Assembly (NCBI GenBank): GCA_947478395.1
Contig: CANJVR010000002.1
Coordinates: 64,001 to 128,000, forward strand
DNA length: 64,000 nucleotides
Direction: 5' to 3'
Source: Opitutia bacterium
GTDB taxonomy: Bacteria; Verrucomicrobiota; Verrucomicrobiia; Opitutales; Opitutaceae
The notes beneath the pieces were generated by a model that was given only the letters and a program-made list of their open reading frames with translations, searched no databases and was not told where the DNA came from. This document shows positions 40,050-51,426 of the stretch, one piece after another. Each line of letters begins with the position of its first letter. Within the stretch, counting starts at the first letter, position 1. The position numbers and the translations under genes were made by a program.

Positions 40050-41078
40050 ATGCCGGTGAAAGCCGCGCTCCCCGCCGCCGCATCGCAACTGGCCCGAGCC
40101 TTGCCGCGGGCCCGACTGCATCCGCGGGTTTTGCAGTGGGCGGAAAAAACATCGCCGCGCGCAATCTGGTGCGTCGCGTTTTCCGGTGGCGCGGATTCCC
40201 TCGCGTTGCTGCTGCTTCTCTGGGCGCACTGGCCGGAGCGCCGCGGCCGTCTCCGCGCCCTGCACTTTAATCATCGGCTCCGGGGCGTCGCCTCGCGCGC
40301 TGATGCCGCGTTTTGTCGCCGGGTCTGTGCGTCCCTCGGCGTGGAGCTGATTGAAGGTGCATGGAAAGAGGCGCGCAAAAACGCGAGTGAGGCCGAGGCC
40401 CGTTCGGCCCGCTTGAAGTTTTTTGAGCGCCATAGCCGCCTTTTGTGGCTGGGCCATCAGCAGGACGACATCGCAGAGACGATGTTGATGCGCCTGGCCC
40501 GGGGCAGCGGATCAAGCGGCCTGGGCGCGCCGCGCCCGGTTCAACGAATGCAGGGCGGGCGAACGCACCTGCGGCCTCTCCTCACGCTCAAGAAAAAGGA
40601 ACTCATCGCAGCGTTGCGCGCGGCGGGCATCGCCTGGCGGGAAGACGCGAGCAACCAGGGAGATGATTTTTTTCGGAATCGGTTGCGCCACTCGGTGCTG
40701 CCGGCTTGGGCGCAGGCGGCGGGCCGCGATGCGTTGGCCGGCGCCGCCTTGGCGCGGGAATTGTTGGAAGAGGACGACGACGCGCTGGAACACTGGCTGG
40801 AAACGATCGCGCCGCTCGGCTCGGATGGGGTGTTGGACTTGCGTAAACTGACGGGAATGCCCCGCGGTTTGATTCGTCGGGCGCTTCATCGCTGGCTCGC
40901 GGCGCAAAAGGGAAAGCACATCGGCGAGCTGTCGCGTCAGGGTTTCGAACGGCTCCTCGAAGCCGTGATCGAAGCGCGCGCGACGCGCCAGAGCTTGGGT
41001 GCACGCGCTTTCGCGGTCATTCAACGGGGACAATTGCGCGTGGAGCGAGCGGCGCGTTCGCTGGAAATAACGGCGTAG
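40050..41078 (+). CDS. tilS: tRNA(Ile)-lysidine synthetase
   Basis: PP-loop 'SGGADS', 'HFNHRLR', 'GHQQDDIAET', 'RPLL', 'RNRLR'; upstream of ftsH; start approximate. Confidence 0.93.
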   Translation: MPVKAALPAAASQLARALPRARLHPRVLQWAEKTSPRAIWCVAFSGGADSLALLLLLWAHWPERRGRLRALHFNHRLRGVASRADAAFCRRVCASLGVELIEGAWKEARKNASEAEARSARLKFFERHSRLLWLGHQQDDIAETMLMRLARGSGSSGLGAPRPVQRMQGGRTHLRPLLTLKKKELIAALRAAGIAWREDASNQGDDFFRNRLRHSVLPAWAQAAGRDALAGAALARELLEEDDDALEHWLETIAPLGSDGVLDLRKLTGMPRGLIRRALHRWLAAQKGKHIGELSRQGFERLLEAVIEARATRQSLGARAFAVIQRGQLRVERAARSLEITA

Positions 41079-41146
41079 TTTTCATCGGCCGGCCAATTGA
41101 CTTCGCGCAGCGGAACATCCACGTTCCTGCAACCGTCCATATCTAA

Positions 41147-43162
41147 ATGCCCGACTCCGACATCAAGAAGCCCCGTCGTTCGCTCAAGAATTTGCCCCCT
41201 GATCGCCCGAAGGTCCTTTTCATCTGGCTCGCCATTGTTGCCGTGGCCGCCGCTTTGCTGGTGTGGTCGCCGCGGATTACCGAGACGCCGGCCATCGTCA
41301 GTATCCAAGAAGTGGTGGAGCTGGCCGAGAACGGTCAGATCAAGGACGGGACGGGCATTATTCGGCCCGATGCCGCGAATGGTCGCGATTACGTTTTAAT
41401 CACGGGTGAAACCAAAGAGGCCGTGCTAAAAAACGAACGCGGCGCCAAGACGACGTTCTTCCACGCCGCGGGCCGGCTCATCGACGCCAACATGGCGTTG
41501 CTGCAAAAATCGAAGAAATTCGCGGAGCCACCGGCGAACACGTTGTTCAGCAGCATTGCACAGCAGGTCGTGCCGTTTCTTCTGATTATTGGCCTGCTTT
41601 ATTTTCTGTTTGTACGCCAGTTGCGCCAAGCCGGGCGCGGCGCTCTAAGCTTCGGCAAAAGTCGCGCGAAGCTGCTGACGCGTGATCGCGATAAGATCAC
41701 CTTTGCCGACGTGGCTGGTTGCGATGAGGCCAAAGAAGAAGTGAGCGAGGTTGTCGAATTCCTGAAGGATCCAAAAAAATTCACCAAGATGGGCGGCAAG
41801 ATTCCGCGTGGTATTCTCATGGTCGGCGCGCCGGGCACGGGTAAAACCCTGCTGGCAAAAGCCGTGGCAGGAGAAGCCGATGTCCCGTTCTTCAGCATCT
41901 CCGGCTCCGATTTCGTCGAGATGTTTGTCGGCGTCGGCGCGAGTCGAGTCCGCGATATGTTCGAGCAGGGCCGCAAAAGTGCGCCGTGTCTGATCTTCAT
42001 TGACGAGATCGATGCCGTGGGTCGCCAACGCGGCGCTGGTGTCGGTGGCGGTAACGACGAACGTGAGCAGACGCTCAACTCGCTGCTCGTTGAAATGGAC
42101 GGGTTCGACACGACTGAAGGTGTGATCATCATCGCGGCGACGAATCGTCCTGATGTCCTCGACAGCGCCTTGCTGCGCCCAGGCCGCTTCGACCGCCAAG
42201 TTTACGTTGATCTTCCGGACCTCGTGGGCCGCGAACAGATTCTACGCGTTCACGCCAAGAAGATCAATCTGGCCGACGGCGTCGATCTCTCGGTCATCGC
42301 GCGTGGGACACCTGGGTTGTCCGGTGCCGAGCTAGCTAATTTATTGAATGAATCCGCGCTGCTCGCCGCGCGCCGCAACAAGAAAAAAGTCGAAATGATC
42401 GACGTCGACGACGCGCGCGAGAAAGTGCAGTTCGGCCGCGAGCGTCGCCGCCTGATGGATGACGACGAGAAAAAGTTGACCGCCTATCATGAAGCGGGCC
42501 ACGCGCTGGTGACCGGTGTACTCGACGATGGGTATTTGCCGGTGCATAAAGTCACCATCATCCCGCGCGGCCGGAGCTTGGGCAGTACGATGTACATCCC
42601 AAAGAAGGATGTGCTCACGCAGGAGAAGAAGAAGCTTGAGATCAGGATCGCGACGGGTTGCGCCGGTCGCATCGCCGAGGAAATTGTGCTCAACGACATT
42701 TCCAATGGAGCCTCGGGCGACATCGTGATGGTCACGAAAATTGCACGTCACATGGTGTGCGATTGGGGTATGAGCTCACTGGGCATGGTCGCTTACGGCG
42801 AAAGCTCTGACACGGTGTTTCTCGGCCGAGAAATCACGCGGAATCAGGCGTATTCCGAGGAAACGGCGCGCAAAATTGATGCGGAAGTTTATCGCATCGT
42901 GGACGAGCAGTACAAGCGGGCCAAAGAGATTGTCCTCCAACATCGTGACGCGCTCGACAAGATCGCCGCGGCGTTGTTGGAACACGAAACCCTTGAAGGC
43001 AGGCATGTGCTCGAGATTATTCAGCACGGTGAGATGCGTTCACCGGTGGTTGCACCAACTCTGGCCAAACCCGCCGACAAAGCCGCGGACCGCAAAGCTG
43101 AGAAATCGGCGGAGCCGGACCACGTCCCGCCGGGCGGCGCAGCGGCGCCTAATCCCGCTTAA
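41147..43162 (+). CDS. ftsH: ATP-dependent zinc metalloprotease FtsH
   Basis: Two TMs, Walker A 'GAPGTGKT', 'FIDEID', SRH '[10 protein letters not shown]', 'HEAGH'. Confidence 0.97.
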   Translation: MPDSDIKKPRRSLKNLPPDRPKVLFIWLAIVAVAAALLVWSPRITETPAIVSIQEVVELAENGQIKDGTGIIRPDAANGRDYVLITGETKEAVLKNERGAKTTFFHAAGRLIDANMALLQKSKKFAEPPANTLFSSIAQQVVPFLLIIGLLYFLFVRQLRQAGRGALSFGKSRAKLLTRDRDKITFADVAGCDEAKEEVSEVVEFLKDPKKFTKMGGKIPRGILMVGAPGTGKTLLAKAVAGEADVPFFSISGSDFVEMFVGVGASRVRDMFEQGRKSAPCLIFIDEIDAVGRQRGAGVGGGNDEREQTLNSLLVEMDGFDTTEGVIIIAATNRPDVLDSALLRPGRFDRQVYVDLPDLVGREQILRVHAKKINLADGVDLSVIARGTPGLSGAELANLLNESALLAARRNKKKVEMIDVDDAREKVQFGRERRRLMDDDEKKLTAYHEAGHALVTGVLDDGYLPVHKVTIIPRGRSLGSTMYIPKKDVLTQEKKKLEIRIATGCAGRIAEEIVLNDISNGASGDIVMVTKIARHMVCDWGMSSLGMVAYGESSDTVFLGREITRNQAYSEETARKIDAEVYRIVDEQYKRAKEIVLQHRDALDKIAAALLEHETLEGRHVLEIIQHGEMRSPVVAPTLAKPADKAADRKAEKSAEPDHVPPGGAAAPNPA

Positions 43163-43180
43163 AGCGGATTTCACCAGCAG

Positions 43181-43208
43181 AGCGCGGTTTTGAAACCGCG
43201 CTTTTTTT
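43181..43208 (+). terminator. Intrinsic terminator after ftsH
   Basis: AGCGCGGTTT-TG-AAACCGCGCT followed by a T-run. Confidence 0.8.
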
Positions 43209-43284
43209 GCGATCTTTACTTACCGGCTGAACTTCATTCTTGGATTTCGCGGCCTCGCGGAGCACCGTGAGGATCTCAATCTCT

Positions 43285-44643
43285 ATGAAAATCTGCTGTA
43301 TTGGTGCTGGTTACGTCGGAGGCCCAACCATGGCGATGATCGCGCTCAAGGCGCCGAACATCCAAGTGACTGTGGTCGACATGAATGCGGCCCGCATTGC
43401 TGCTTGGAATTCGGGTAATCTCCCCATTTACGAGCCAGGCTTGGACGACGTGGTGAAGCAGAGTCTCGGTAAAAACCTGCATTTTTCGACCGACGTTCAT
43501 CGTGGAATCAAAGAGGCCGACATCATTTTCGTGGCGGTCAATACGCCGACTAAAATGTATGGTGTAGGCGCCGGTCGCGCGGCCGATTTGACCTTCATCG
43601 AATCCGTGGCCCGCACGATCGCGGAAGTGGCGGATGGCGCGAAAATCATCGTCGAGAAATCCACAATCCCGGTTAAAACGGCCGAGACGATCAAAGACAT
43701 TCTCGCGGCCAATTCGCGCGGCGCGAAATTCCAGGTGCTCTCCAATCCCGAGTTTCTCGCCGAAGGCACGGCGGTGGCCGACTTGATCAGCCCGGACCGG
43801 GTGTTGATCGGCGGTGAACGCACGCCCGAGGGCGAGGCTGCGATCAAGACGTTGGTGGATGTTTACGCGCACTGGGTTCCGCGCGACCGCATCATCACGA
43901 CCAATCTGTGGTCGTCGGAACTCTCCAAGCTCGTGGCCAACGCATTTCTGGCCCAGCGCATTTCGTCGATCAATTCAATCTCGGCTTTGTGCGAAGCGAC
44001 GGGCGCCGACGTCGACGAGGTGGCCAATGCGATCGGCAAGGATTCGCGGATCGGTCCGAAATTTCTCAAGGCTTCGGTGGGTTTCGGTGGCTCCTGTTTT
44101 CAAAAGGACATTTTGAATCTTGCCTACCTCTGTGAAAAATTCGGCCTGCCGGAGGCGGCGGCCTACTGGTCGAGCGTGGTGGATACCAACGACTGGCAGA
44201 AGAAGCGCTTTGCCTCTCGGATCGTGAATTCGCTCTACAACACCGCCGCGGAAAAGAAGGTCGCCGTGCTCGGGTTCGCTTTCAAAAAAGATACGAACGA
44301 CACACGCGAATCCGCGGCGATTGCGGTCTGCCGCGAATTACTCACCGAGCAGGCGCGCGTGGTGGTTTATGATCCGAAGGTACCCGCCGACGAGATCCGT
44401 CGCGATGTACTCGGCTCCGGTAAAGACGATCCGCGACTCACCGTGGCGAAGACCGCGTACGAAGCGGCCGAGGGTGCGCATGCGCTCGCGATCGTGACGG
44501 AGTGGGACGAGTTCAAGACGCTCGACTACGCGAAAATCTATGCGGCGATGGTGAAGCCGGCGTGTATTTTCGACGGTCGTAACATCCTCGATTTGGCCAA
44601 ACTGCGCGCCATCGGTTTCCGGACGCACGGCATCGGCAAGTAG
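43285..44643 (+). CDS. ugd: UDP-glucose 6-dehydrogenase
   Basis: 'GAGYVG', 'EKSTIP', 'SNPEFLAEG', catalytic '[10 protein letters not shown]'. Confidence 0.94.
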   Translation: MKICCIGAGYVGGPTMAMIALKAPNIQVTVVDMNAARIAAWNSGNLPIYEPGLDDVVKQSLGKNLHFSTDVHRGIKEADIIFVAVNTPTKMYGVGAGRAADLTFIESVARTIAEVADGAKIIVEKSTIPVKTAETIKDILAANSRGAKFQVLSNPEFLAEGTAVADLISPDRVLIGGERTPEGEAAIKTLVDVYAHWVPRDRIITTNLWSSELSKLVANAFLAQRISSINSISALCEATGADVDEVANAIGKDSRIGPKFLKASVGFGGSCFQKDILNLAYLCEKFGLPEAAAYWSSVVDTNDWQKKRFASRIVNSLYNTAAEKKVAVLGFAFKKDTNDTRESAAIAVCRELLTEQARVVVYDPKVPADEIRRDVLGSGKDDPRLTVAKTAYEAAEGAHALAIVTEWDEFKTLDYAKIYAAMVKPACIFDGRNILDLAKLRAIGFRTHGIGK

Positions 44644-44655
44644 GCGGCGCGTCGG

Positions 44656-45927
44656 TCAGGTCACGCCGGCTCCAGCGAGTAGATCGAGCCGCGCAAAATT
44701 CCCACCGAGCACAGGCTCGGAGGGGCAGCCCATCCAGCGATCGAGCAATGTCGCATAAACACTGCGGAAATCCGTGGTGTACGTCAGGTCTTGGTTGCGG
44801 GCCAGATCGAGCGTCGGCGGCGTGCCGTGTAGTCCGGCTTTTACGCTCGAGCCCATGACAAACAATGGCGCGGCGGTACCGTGGTCGGTGCCTCGACTTT
44901 CGTTTTCGCTTGGGCGACGCCCGAATTCCGAGAACGTCGCGGTCGTTACCTGGCCATCGAGCTTGTGGGCCTCCAAGTCGTGCTGAAATGCCGCCAAGCC
45001 CTCGGAAAGAACCGTCAGCAGATTGGCCTGTTGACCGAGCTGGTTGCTGTGCGTGTCGAAGCCGGAGAGGCTCACGAAATAAACGCGGGTCGGCAGGCCG
45101 GCTGCGATCAAAGCGGCGACATTGCGCAGCGAGGCGGCAAAGGTACTGCCGGGGTAGGGCTTATCGGGTTTGTAGTCGCCGATAAATTTTTGGACTCTCT
45201 TCTCGGTCACAAGCGTGTCCATGAATGTGTGCTTGAGAAAACTCGCACTGTCGTCGGCGGCTAACGGCGCGGTCGCGATGCTTTCGAGCAGTTTTCGCGT
45301 TTCTTCGGTCTCCCGGCGATTCGCGCCATTGGGGAGAAGCCCGAACGAGGGATGGCTTTGTTCGCCTACGAGCGACGGGGGTAGGCCGCTGGTGATGTGG
45401 ATCGCGACGGGATCGTGCTGATCGGCGGGTGCGCCGGAACAGACGTTGTCGAGATAGCGACCGACCCAGCCAGTACTCGTAAATTCTGAACTCGCGCTGG
45501 CTGTTTCCCAGATTTCCGTGGAGCGGAAGTGACTGCGATTGGGATTGGGATAACCGACGTTCTGGACGATCCCGAGTTTGCCGTCTTTGAGCAGGTTCTG
45601 CATCGCGGTCATCGATGGATGCAGGCCGTGCGTGTCGCTGACTTTGAGAACTTTGTCTTTGGGCAAGCCAATGACCGGTCGCAGGCGGTAGTAGTTGGCA
45701 TCTTCGAAAGGCACGAGCGTGTTCAAGCCATCGTTACCGCCGGCGAGTTGGACCAGCACGAGAATCCGGCGGTCCTTTTCGGGCGCCGGGCTCTGGGCCT
45801 GTGCCGATTGCACCAGAAACGACGGGGCAAACTGGCTGAACGCGAGCAGGCCGATCCCGCGGCTCGAGTAATTAAGGAATTCCCGACGGGTTGACGGCAG
45901 CAAGGCGGTGGAGAGCGGAGAAGACAT
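44656..45927 (-). CDS. DUF1501 domain protein with Tat signal
   Basis: 'TRREFL', 'QLAGGNDGLN', 'NRSHF', 'GFDTH', 'FSEFGR', 'GTDHG'. Confidence 0.88.
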   Translation of the reverse strand: MSSPLSTALLPSTRREFLNYSSRGIGLLAFSQFAPSFLVQSAQAQSPAPEKDRRILVLVQLAGGNDGLNTLVPFEDANYYRLRPVIGLPKDKVLKVSDTHGLHPSMTAMQNLLKDGKLGIVQNVGYPNPNRSHFRSTEIWETASASSEFTSTGWVGRYLDNVCSGAPADQHDPVAIHITSGLPPSLVGEQSHPSFGLLPNGANRRETEETRKLLESIATAPLAADDSASFLKHTFMDTLVTEKRVQKFIGDYKPDKPYPGSTFAASLRNVAALIAAGLPTRVYFVSLSGFDTHSNQLGQQANLLTVLSEGLAAFQHDLEAHKLDGQVTTATFSEFGRRPSENESRGTDHGTAAPLFVMGSSVKAGLHGTPPTLDLARNQDLTYTTDFRSVYATLLDRWMGCPSEPVLGGNFARLDLLAGAGVT

Positions 45928-45940
45928 GGCGGTCAGGGTT

Positions 45941-47437
45941 TTAACAGAGTTGATAGTCGGGGGATTGCAGCAGCGCGACGGTAGCGCGCCGGACGCGTCG
46001 GCGGCGTTCAGTCGGAGTGGCTGGGCCGGTGGCGATGAACTGCGCAAGATTTTGCTGCAGCAGGTCGTCGGCGGACGCGGAGATAAAATTTTCAACCAAA
46101 CGCTTCGCCGCCTCGCTGGGTTCGACGGCGGCGAATTCGTCGAAGCGATTTAATGGCGTCGTGAAATCCTTGGCGCCATCGGTGCGCGCGGCGAGCAGAT
46201 CGAGCTGTTCATCAGCGTTGAGATTTTTTTCGTCGATGGTGTTGAAGAGCGATTCCGCGAGTGCCCGCCGGGCGGCCAGCGTGGAGGAATTGATCCAATT
46301 GCGGCCACCGACCCAGCCGCGAATATTAGGTGGGTTGAAGAGCATCTGGCCCATTTGCCGGAGCGGGTTGAGGACGTAGCGCGGCAGGGGAGCGACCTCG
46401 ATCTGTAGATCCTGAACCAGCCCCAGATAGTACTGAACCGGACTTTTGATGAAGCCGCCGCGAAACTCCGGGGAGAAAAACAGCCGGCTGCCAAAGAAAC
46501 GTTGGGCCAGGAACCGCAGGTTGAAGCCGGCCTCTCTCCAGATCGCGCCGAGGCTCGCGAGATACTCGGGCGGAAGGGGCGAATCGCTCAGATAGAACTT
46601 TGCGATTTCATGAGGCAAGAAGGCGGCTGCGGCGGGCTGCTTGTAGGCGAGATCGATCACACCGTCGCCCGTGAACGGTGCGGTCTGACCGAAGATTGTT
46701 TTCGGCGTGGCGTCGTGTTGGGCGGGCACGAATCGAAACTCCGTGGAGTATTGCTGCGCCCGATAGCCCGTGAACGCACGGGCGGCTTCCTTGATGTCGG
46801 ATTCGGAGTAGTTGCCCTCACCAAGAAGGAAGAGCTCGAACAGCTCACGCGCGAAGTTTTCGTTTGGAGCGGTGCGTTGGCTTTGGTTCAGATCGAGGTA
46901 GATGACCATCGCCGGCGACCGGGAAATCGCCTTGGTGAGTTCGGGCGCAGCGCCCAACGCATGGCGGGCGATGATGTCAGCGTGCAGAAAAATATGGGAT
47001 GGGCTGTTAGCTTTTTCCGATGCCACAACGTAGACGTCGCTCAAAAACAGCACCCACTTGGCGAACGCGCTTTGCTCGGGTTTGACGGCCGCGCGCAGCC
47101 ATTTCATCGACAGATCTTGCAGGGCGAGTTGCGCGCGTTCGCGGGATTCGCGCTGGATCATTCGCTTCTCATCGGCCGAGGCGTCCTTCAATCGCTGTTG
47201 AAAGGTCAACGCTCCCTCCTCGAGGCGGACGATCTGGCGCGGCTTGGGCAGCAATTGCGGCTCGTTCGGAAATAGCCGGTCGAGCGTTGCGGTGAGTCCA
47301 TCCCGGACGGCTTGATCGACCTCGGCGGGGCGGGCGGTCCAAGCGGCGCGGCGGAGGAGATGTTGCGCCGCTTCCGCGTTCCAGTCGGAAGCAGACAACG
47401 GTTGCCACGCATCGGCGGACGAAAGGGTCGGGGTCAT
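45941..47437 (-). CDS. DUF1800 domain protein
   Basis: 'HLLRR', 'PAMVIYLD', 'PNENFARELFELF.LG', 'EAARAFTG', 'PPNIRGW', 'SPDYQL'. Confidence 0.88.
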   Translation of the reverse strand: MTPTLSSADAWQPLSASDWNAEAAQHLLRRAAWTARPAEVDQAVRDGLTATLDRLFPNEPQLLPKPRQIVRLEEGALTFQQRLKDASADEKRMIQRESRERAQLALQDLSMKWLRAAVKPEQSAFAKWVLFLSDVYVVASEKANSPSHIFLHADIIARHALGAAPELTKAISRSPAMVIYLDLNQSQRTAPNENFARELFELFLLGEGNYSESDIKEAARAFTGYRAQQYSTEFRFVPAQHDATPKTIFGQTAPFTGDGVIDLAYKQPAAAAFLPHEIAKFYLSDSPLPPEYLASLGAIWREAGFNLRFLAQRFFGSRLFFSPEFRGGFIKSPVQYYLGLVQDLQIEVAPLPRYVLNPLRQMGQMLFNPPNIRGWVGGRNWINSSTLAARRALAESLFNTIDEKNLNADEQLDLLAARTDGAKDFTTPLNRFDEFAAVEPSEAAKRLVENFISASADDLLQQNLAQFIATGPATPTERRRRVRRATVALLQSPDYQLC

Positions 47438-47485
47438 GCGGTGCACAGACGCTCCCTTTGGTCGGGAGTTTCCTTGCGGTGAAAA

Positions 47486-48631
47486 CTACACGCCGAGTGC
47501 GGTCCGGTAAAGACGGGGTACACGTTTCGTGACCGAGCACAAAGTTTCCCACGGGATGGTGTCGGCCCAGCGACTGAACTCGGCGACGGATATCTCTCCA
47601 GTACCCTGACGGCCCACCAGCACGACCTCGTTTCCCACGGCCGCGGCCGGGACGTGCGTCACGTCGACGATCGTCTGGTCCATCGTTACCCGGCCCAGCA
47701 CCGAGCAGCGCTGACCGCCGATCAAAACCTGCGCTCGATTGCTCAGGGCCCGCGGAAGTCCGTCGGCATAGCCGGCACAAAGAATCGCGATGCGGGTTTC
47801 GCGCGACAGTGTATGCGTGCGACCGTAACTGACCGTGGTGCCGCTCGGTAATATTTTAACGAGTCCAATTCGGGTACGAAAACTAAAGACCGGTTCGGTG
47901 CGAACCTGCACGAGCAAGGAGCGGGAGCTCGGCAGTACGCCGAATTGGAGCAGTCCCACGCGCACGGCGTTGAACGGACTGGCCCCGGGCATCGACTCGA
48001 GTCCGGCGCTGTTATCCGCGTGGACGAAAAGCTCGTCGGGCTTCAGGCCCACGCAGCGGTCGAGGGCGGCGAGGAAACGCCGGCGCTGCTCGGCGGTGAA
48101 CGCCGCGTCATCGTCGGGCGAGGCGAAATGCGTGAAAACGCCGGCGAGCCGCAGGTGAGGCGATTGCAAGATGCGCGCAAACAGTGCCGGGGCTTGGTCA
48201 TGCCAGACACCTAGGCGTCCCATACCGGTATCGATTTTAAGATGGATCGAAATTTCACGACCTGCGAGTCGGCCGGCGGCTTCGAAACGTTCCACTTCTT
48301 CCGCGGACGACACCGTGGCCGCGAGATCGTATTCGACGAGAAAATGATCTTCCTCTGGCAGTAGCGGACTTAGAAGTAGAATCGGCCAGCCCGGCCCGAG
48401 TTCACGCAGCGCGGCCGCCTCGGCGACGTTAGCCACGGCGAATAAATCCGCGCCGGCATGCATCAGGCGCGCCGCCGTTTGATGGAGACCGTGTCCATAG
48501 GCGTCGGCCTTCACGACCGCCACGTAGCGCATGCGCGGTGGGAGGGAGGCGCGAATGAGACGAAGATTGCGCTCCAACGCGGAGAGATCGATCTCGGCCC
48601 AACAGCGTAAAGGGTACGAGGACGAGCTCAT
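47486..48631 (-). CDS. alr: Alanine racemase
   Basis: 'AVVKADAYGHG', 'HLKIDTGMGRLG', 'SYG', 'GYADG', 'GRVTMD'. Confidence 0.96.
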   Translation of the reverse strand: MSSSSYPLRCWAEIDLSALERNLRLIRASLPPRMRYVAVVKADAYGHGLHQTAARLMHAGADLFAVANVAEAAALRELGPGWPILLLSPLLPEEDHFLVEYDLAATVSSAEEVERFEAAGRLAGREISIHLKIDTGMGRLGVWHDQAPALFARILQSPHLRLAGVFTHFASPDDDAAFTAEQRRRFLAALDRCVGLKPDELFVHADNSAGLESMPGASPFNAVRVGLLQFGVLPSSRSLLVQVRTEPVFSFRTRIGLVKILPSGTTVSYGRTHTLSRETRIAILCAGYADGLPRALSNRAQVLIGGQRCSVLGRVTMDQTIVDVTHVPAAAVGNEVVLVGRQGTGEISVAEFSRWADTIPWETLCSVTKRVPRLYRTALGV

Positions 48632-49260
48632 GGCGATGACGGCGCGCGGTGGATATGCGGGGTCCACGTGGCGTAACTGGGCTCCTCGTGCAGGAAGGCG
48701 TCTGGTGCGTCGACGGCCCGAAACAGATCGGCATCGGGCAGGGTCTCGAGCAGCGCCGCGACGTCGTAGGGGGTGCGCTGGATTCCGGCCGGCAATGGCG
48801 TCCAATGACGGAAGTTCTCCGGCATTACGAGCGGACCGGAAAGCTCCGCTGTCGGCACGCGACGGAGCGCATGGCCGGCGCGTTGCACGTGCCAGGAATC
48901 GCGCCGCGCATCGGCAATAACGGAAAAGTCGGTGTCGCCAAGAGCCTGAGATACAAGCGCCAGACTACCGTAGGCGAACGCGGGACGAGGCGCGAGTGTT
49001 TGCCACGTACGCAGCGCCACGGCGGCGGTCCGGATGCCCAGAATGGAGCCCGGACCCTCGCAGAAAACAAATCCCTGGATCGCGCTCAAATCGACGGCGA
49101 GTTCCTCGATTCCGGCGAATACCGCGATGCCCGCCTCGGCGGTCCGCGCGGTCCAGCGGGCGGTGCGGGCGTCGAGCAGGCCGACTTGCACGCGGGTCGA
49201 CGCGGCGTCGATCAGCAGCAACGGAGCGTGCAGTTGCAGAATTTGGCGAAGGCTCGGCAT
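48628..49260 (-). CDS. tsaB: t6A biosynthesis protein TsaB-like
   Basis: 'LLIDAAS', 'GPGSILGIR', 'DARR'. Confidence 0.8.
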   Translation of the reverse strand: MPSLRQILQLHAPLLLIDAASTRVQVGLLDARTARWTARTAEAGIAVFAGIEELAVDLSAIQGFVFCEGPGSILGIRTAAVALRTWQTLAPRPAFAYGSLALVSQALGDTDFSVIADARRDSWHVQRAGHALRRVPTAELSGPLVMPENFRHWTPLPAGIQRTPYDVAALLETLPDADLFRAVDAPDAFLHEEPSYATWTPHIHRAPSSP

Positions 49261-49389
49261 CCGCTGCCACGAAACCGTGCGTCCTCATTCCGCGCAAGCG
49301 CGCAGCAGAAACGAATCCAAGATTGACCGCATGATGCCCCGACGTAGCGTTACCAATTCTTTTCACGAAAACCAGTTTCTGACTCACCT

Positions 49390-50712
49390 GTGAACATCCA
49401 ACTCAATACCGTTTCCGACACCCGCAAGAGCATCGTCGTCACGCTCGATCCGAGCGAAGTTAACGCCGAGCACCAGGCCGTGATCGGGGAATTTTCCCGT
49501 GGTGCGCAGCTGCCCGGTTTCCGTCCGGGCAAGGCGCCCGCCGCGATGGTGATCAAACGCTATGCGAAGGAGATCGCGGACGAATTCAAACAGAAGGTCG
49601 TTTCGAAGGCTTACCGCAGCGCCCTCGAAAAGGAAAAACTCGAAGTGCTGAACATCGTGAACGTCGAGGAAGGCACGATCGAACCCGGCCTCTCTGCCGC
49701 GGTAACCGTGACCGTCGATGTGCGGCCGGAGTTTGCTTTGCCGGATTACGTCGGACTGCCCACGGAAATTGCCCCGACTGACGCCACCGATGCAGAAGTG
49801 GACACGGTCATCGAAGGGCTTCGGACCGAGCGGGCTGATTTCAAGCCAGCGGATCGCCCCGCGGGGAAAGGCGACTACGTGAAGCTCGCGTATGAAGGCA
49901 CGATCGACGGCAAGCCCATTGCTGAACTCGCGCCGGACAAACAAATCTATGGTTCGGTCCCACAGACGTGGGAAGAAGTCGAAGGCGCCCAGGAAGGCGT
50001 CATCCCCGGTCTCGGTCAGCAAATCGCCGGCGTGAAGACCGGCGACAAGAAAGACGTGGCGATCGTGTTTCCCGCTGATTTCGCGGCGGTGCCGGCTCTG
50101 GCGGGAAAAACGGCGAACTACGCGCTGACGATCCAGGAAATTCGCGAGCGCGTGTTGCCCGAGTTGAACGAGGAATTTTTCAAATCCCAGCAAGTCGACA
50201 ACCTCGACGCCCTGAAATCGAGCGTGCGTAACAATTTGAAGATGCGGAAAGACTACGACAACCGCGGCGCGCAACGCCGCCAAGTCACCGAGGCGCTCGC
50301 CGCCAAGGTCGAGTTCGGTATTCCGCAGAGCCTGGTGGACTCCGAGACGCAGAGCGTTTTGCGGCAGTTCATCGAGGAGAACATGCGTCGCGGCATCCCG
50401 CAGGACCAATTCGAAAAGGATAAGAACGAACTCTACGCCGGCGCGCAGAAGGCGGCGGTCCAGCGGGTGAAGGTGCAACTGCTCCTCGCCAAAATCGCTG
50501 AGGTCGAAAAAATCTCCGTGTCCGAGCGAGACATCGACAACTTCATTTACCGCGAGGCGAGCCGCAGCGGACAAAAGCCTGAGAAACTCGTGAAGGAACT
50601 GACGAAAGATCGCGATCAGCTCCGCGCGATCCAGCAGAACATCATTTTCGACAAGGCGGTTGATTTTCTGGTGTCCAAAGCTACGGTATCGACGATTCAG
50701 CCAAAGGCTTGA
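49390..50712 (+). CDS. tig: Trigger factor
   Basis: 'PGFRPGKAP', FKBP-like domain; upstream of clpP-clpX. Confidence 0.95.
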   Translation: MNIQLNTVSDTRKSIVVTLDPSEVNAEHQAVIGEFSRGAQLPGFRPGKAPAAMVIKRYAKEIADEFKQKVVSKAYRSALEKEKLEVLNIVNVEEGTIEPGLSAAVTVTVDVRPEFALPDYVGLPTEIAPTDATDAEVDTVIEGLRTERADFKPADRPAGKGDYVKLAYEGTIDGKPIAELAPDKQIYGSVPQTWEEVEGAQEGVIPGLGQQIAGVKTGDKKDVAIVFPADFAAVPALAGKTANYALTIQEIRERVLPELNEEFFKSQQVDNLDALKSSVRNNLKMRKDYDNRGAQRRQVTEALAAKVEFGIPQSLVDSETQSVLRQFIEENMRRGIPQDQFEKDKNELYAGAQKAAVQRVKVQLLLAKIAEVEKISVSERDIDNFIYREASRSGQKPEKLVKELTKDRDQLRAIQQNIIFDKAVDFLVSKATVSTIQPKA

Positions 50713-50731
50713 GTCATCGAAATCCAACATC

Positions 50732-51352
50732 GTGAGCTACTACGTTCCCATCGTTCTTGAAAACACCGGCCGCGGCGAGCGGTCGATGGATATCTACTCC
50801 CGTCTGCTGAAAGACCGCATTATTTTCATCGGCACGCCGATCGACGATGTGGTGGCGAATCTTGTGATTGCCCAGCTGCTTTATCTGCAGATGGAAGACG
50901 CGAAGAAGGATATCTACATTTACATCAACTCACCGGGCGGCGTGGTGACCGGGGGCATGGCGATCTACGACACGATCAATTTCCTCCAGTGCGATGTGGT
51001 CACCTATTGCATCGGTATGGCGGCCAGCATGAGCACGGTGCTGCTCGCGGCCGGCACGAAGGGCAAGCGCTTCGCGCTCCCGAACAGTCGTGTCATGATT
51101 CACCAACCAAGTGGTGGCGCTGGCGGTCAGACGGCGGACATCACGATCGCGGCGAAGGAAATTCTCCGTTGGCGTCAGACGTTGAACAACGTCATCTCCA
51201 AGCACACCGGCAAGACATCGGAGCAGGTCGAAAAGGACTCCGACCGCGATTACTACATGAGCGCCGAAGAAGCCAAGGCGTACGGAATCGTCGATCACGT
51301 GGTCGCTTCCGCCCGCGAAGCCCAGTCCATTGTCGTGCCGAGCGCCGCTTGA
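50732..51352 (+). CDS. clpP: Clp protease proteolytic subunit
   Basis: '[12 protein letters not shown]', 'YINSPGG', 'AASM', 'MIHQP'; GTG start inferred. Confidence 0.96.
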   Translation: MSYYVPIVLENTGRGERSMDIYSRLLKDRIIFIGTPIDDVVANLVIAQLLYLQMEDAKKDIYIYINSPGGVVTGGMAIYDTINFLQCDVVTYCIGMAASMSTVLLAAGTKGKRFALPNSRVMIHQPSGGAGGQTADITIAAKEILRWRQTLNNVISKHTGKTSEQVEKDSDRDYYMSAEEAKAYGIVDHVVASAREAQSIVVPSAA

Positions 51353-51426
51353 ACGCCGCGCTGTTTCACGGTCCCGTAGGCGAAGTCCGTAGTCGACTGC
51401 CCGTTTGAGACAAGCAAGTTGCTCCC

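Noticed and set aside
49384..50730. Long antisense ORFs (also 6051-7481, 13399-14649, 60319-61719 and others)
   Set aside because: Mirror-frame shadows of well-supported genes, expected with GC-rich codon usage; no family motifs
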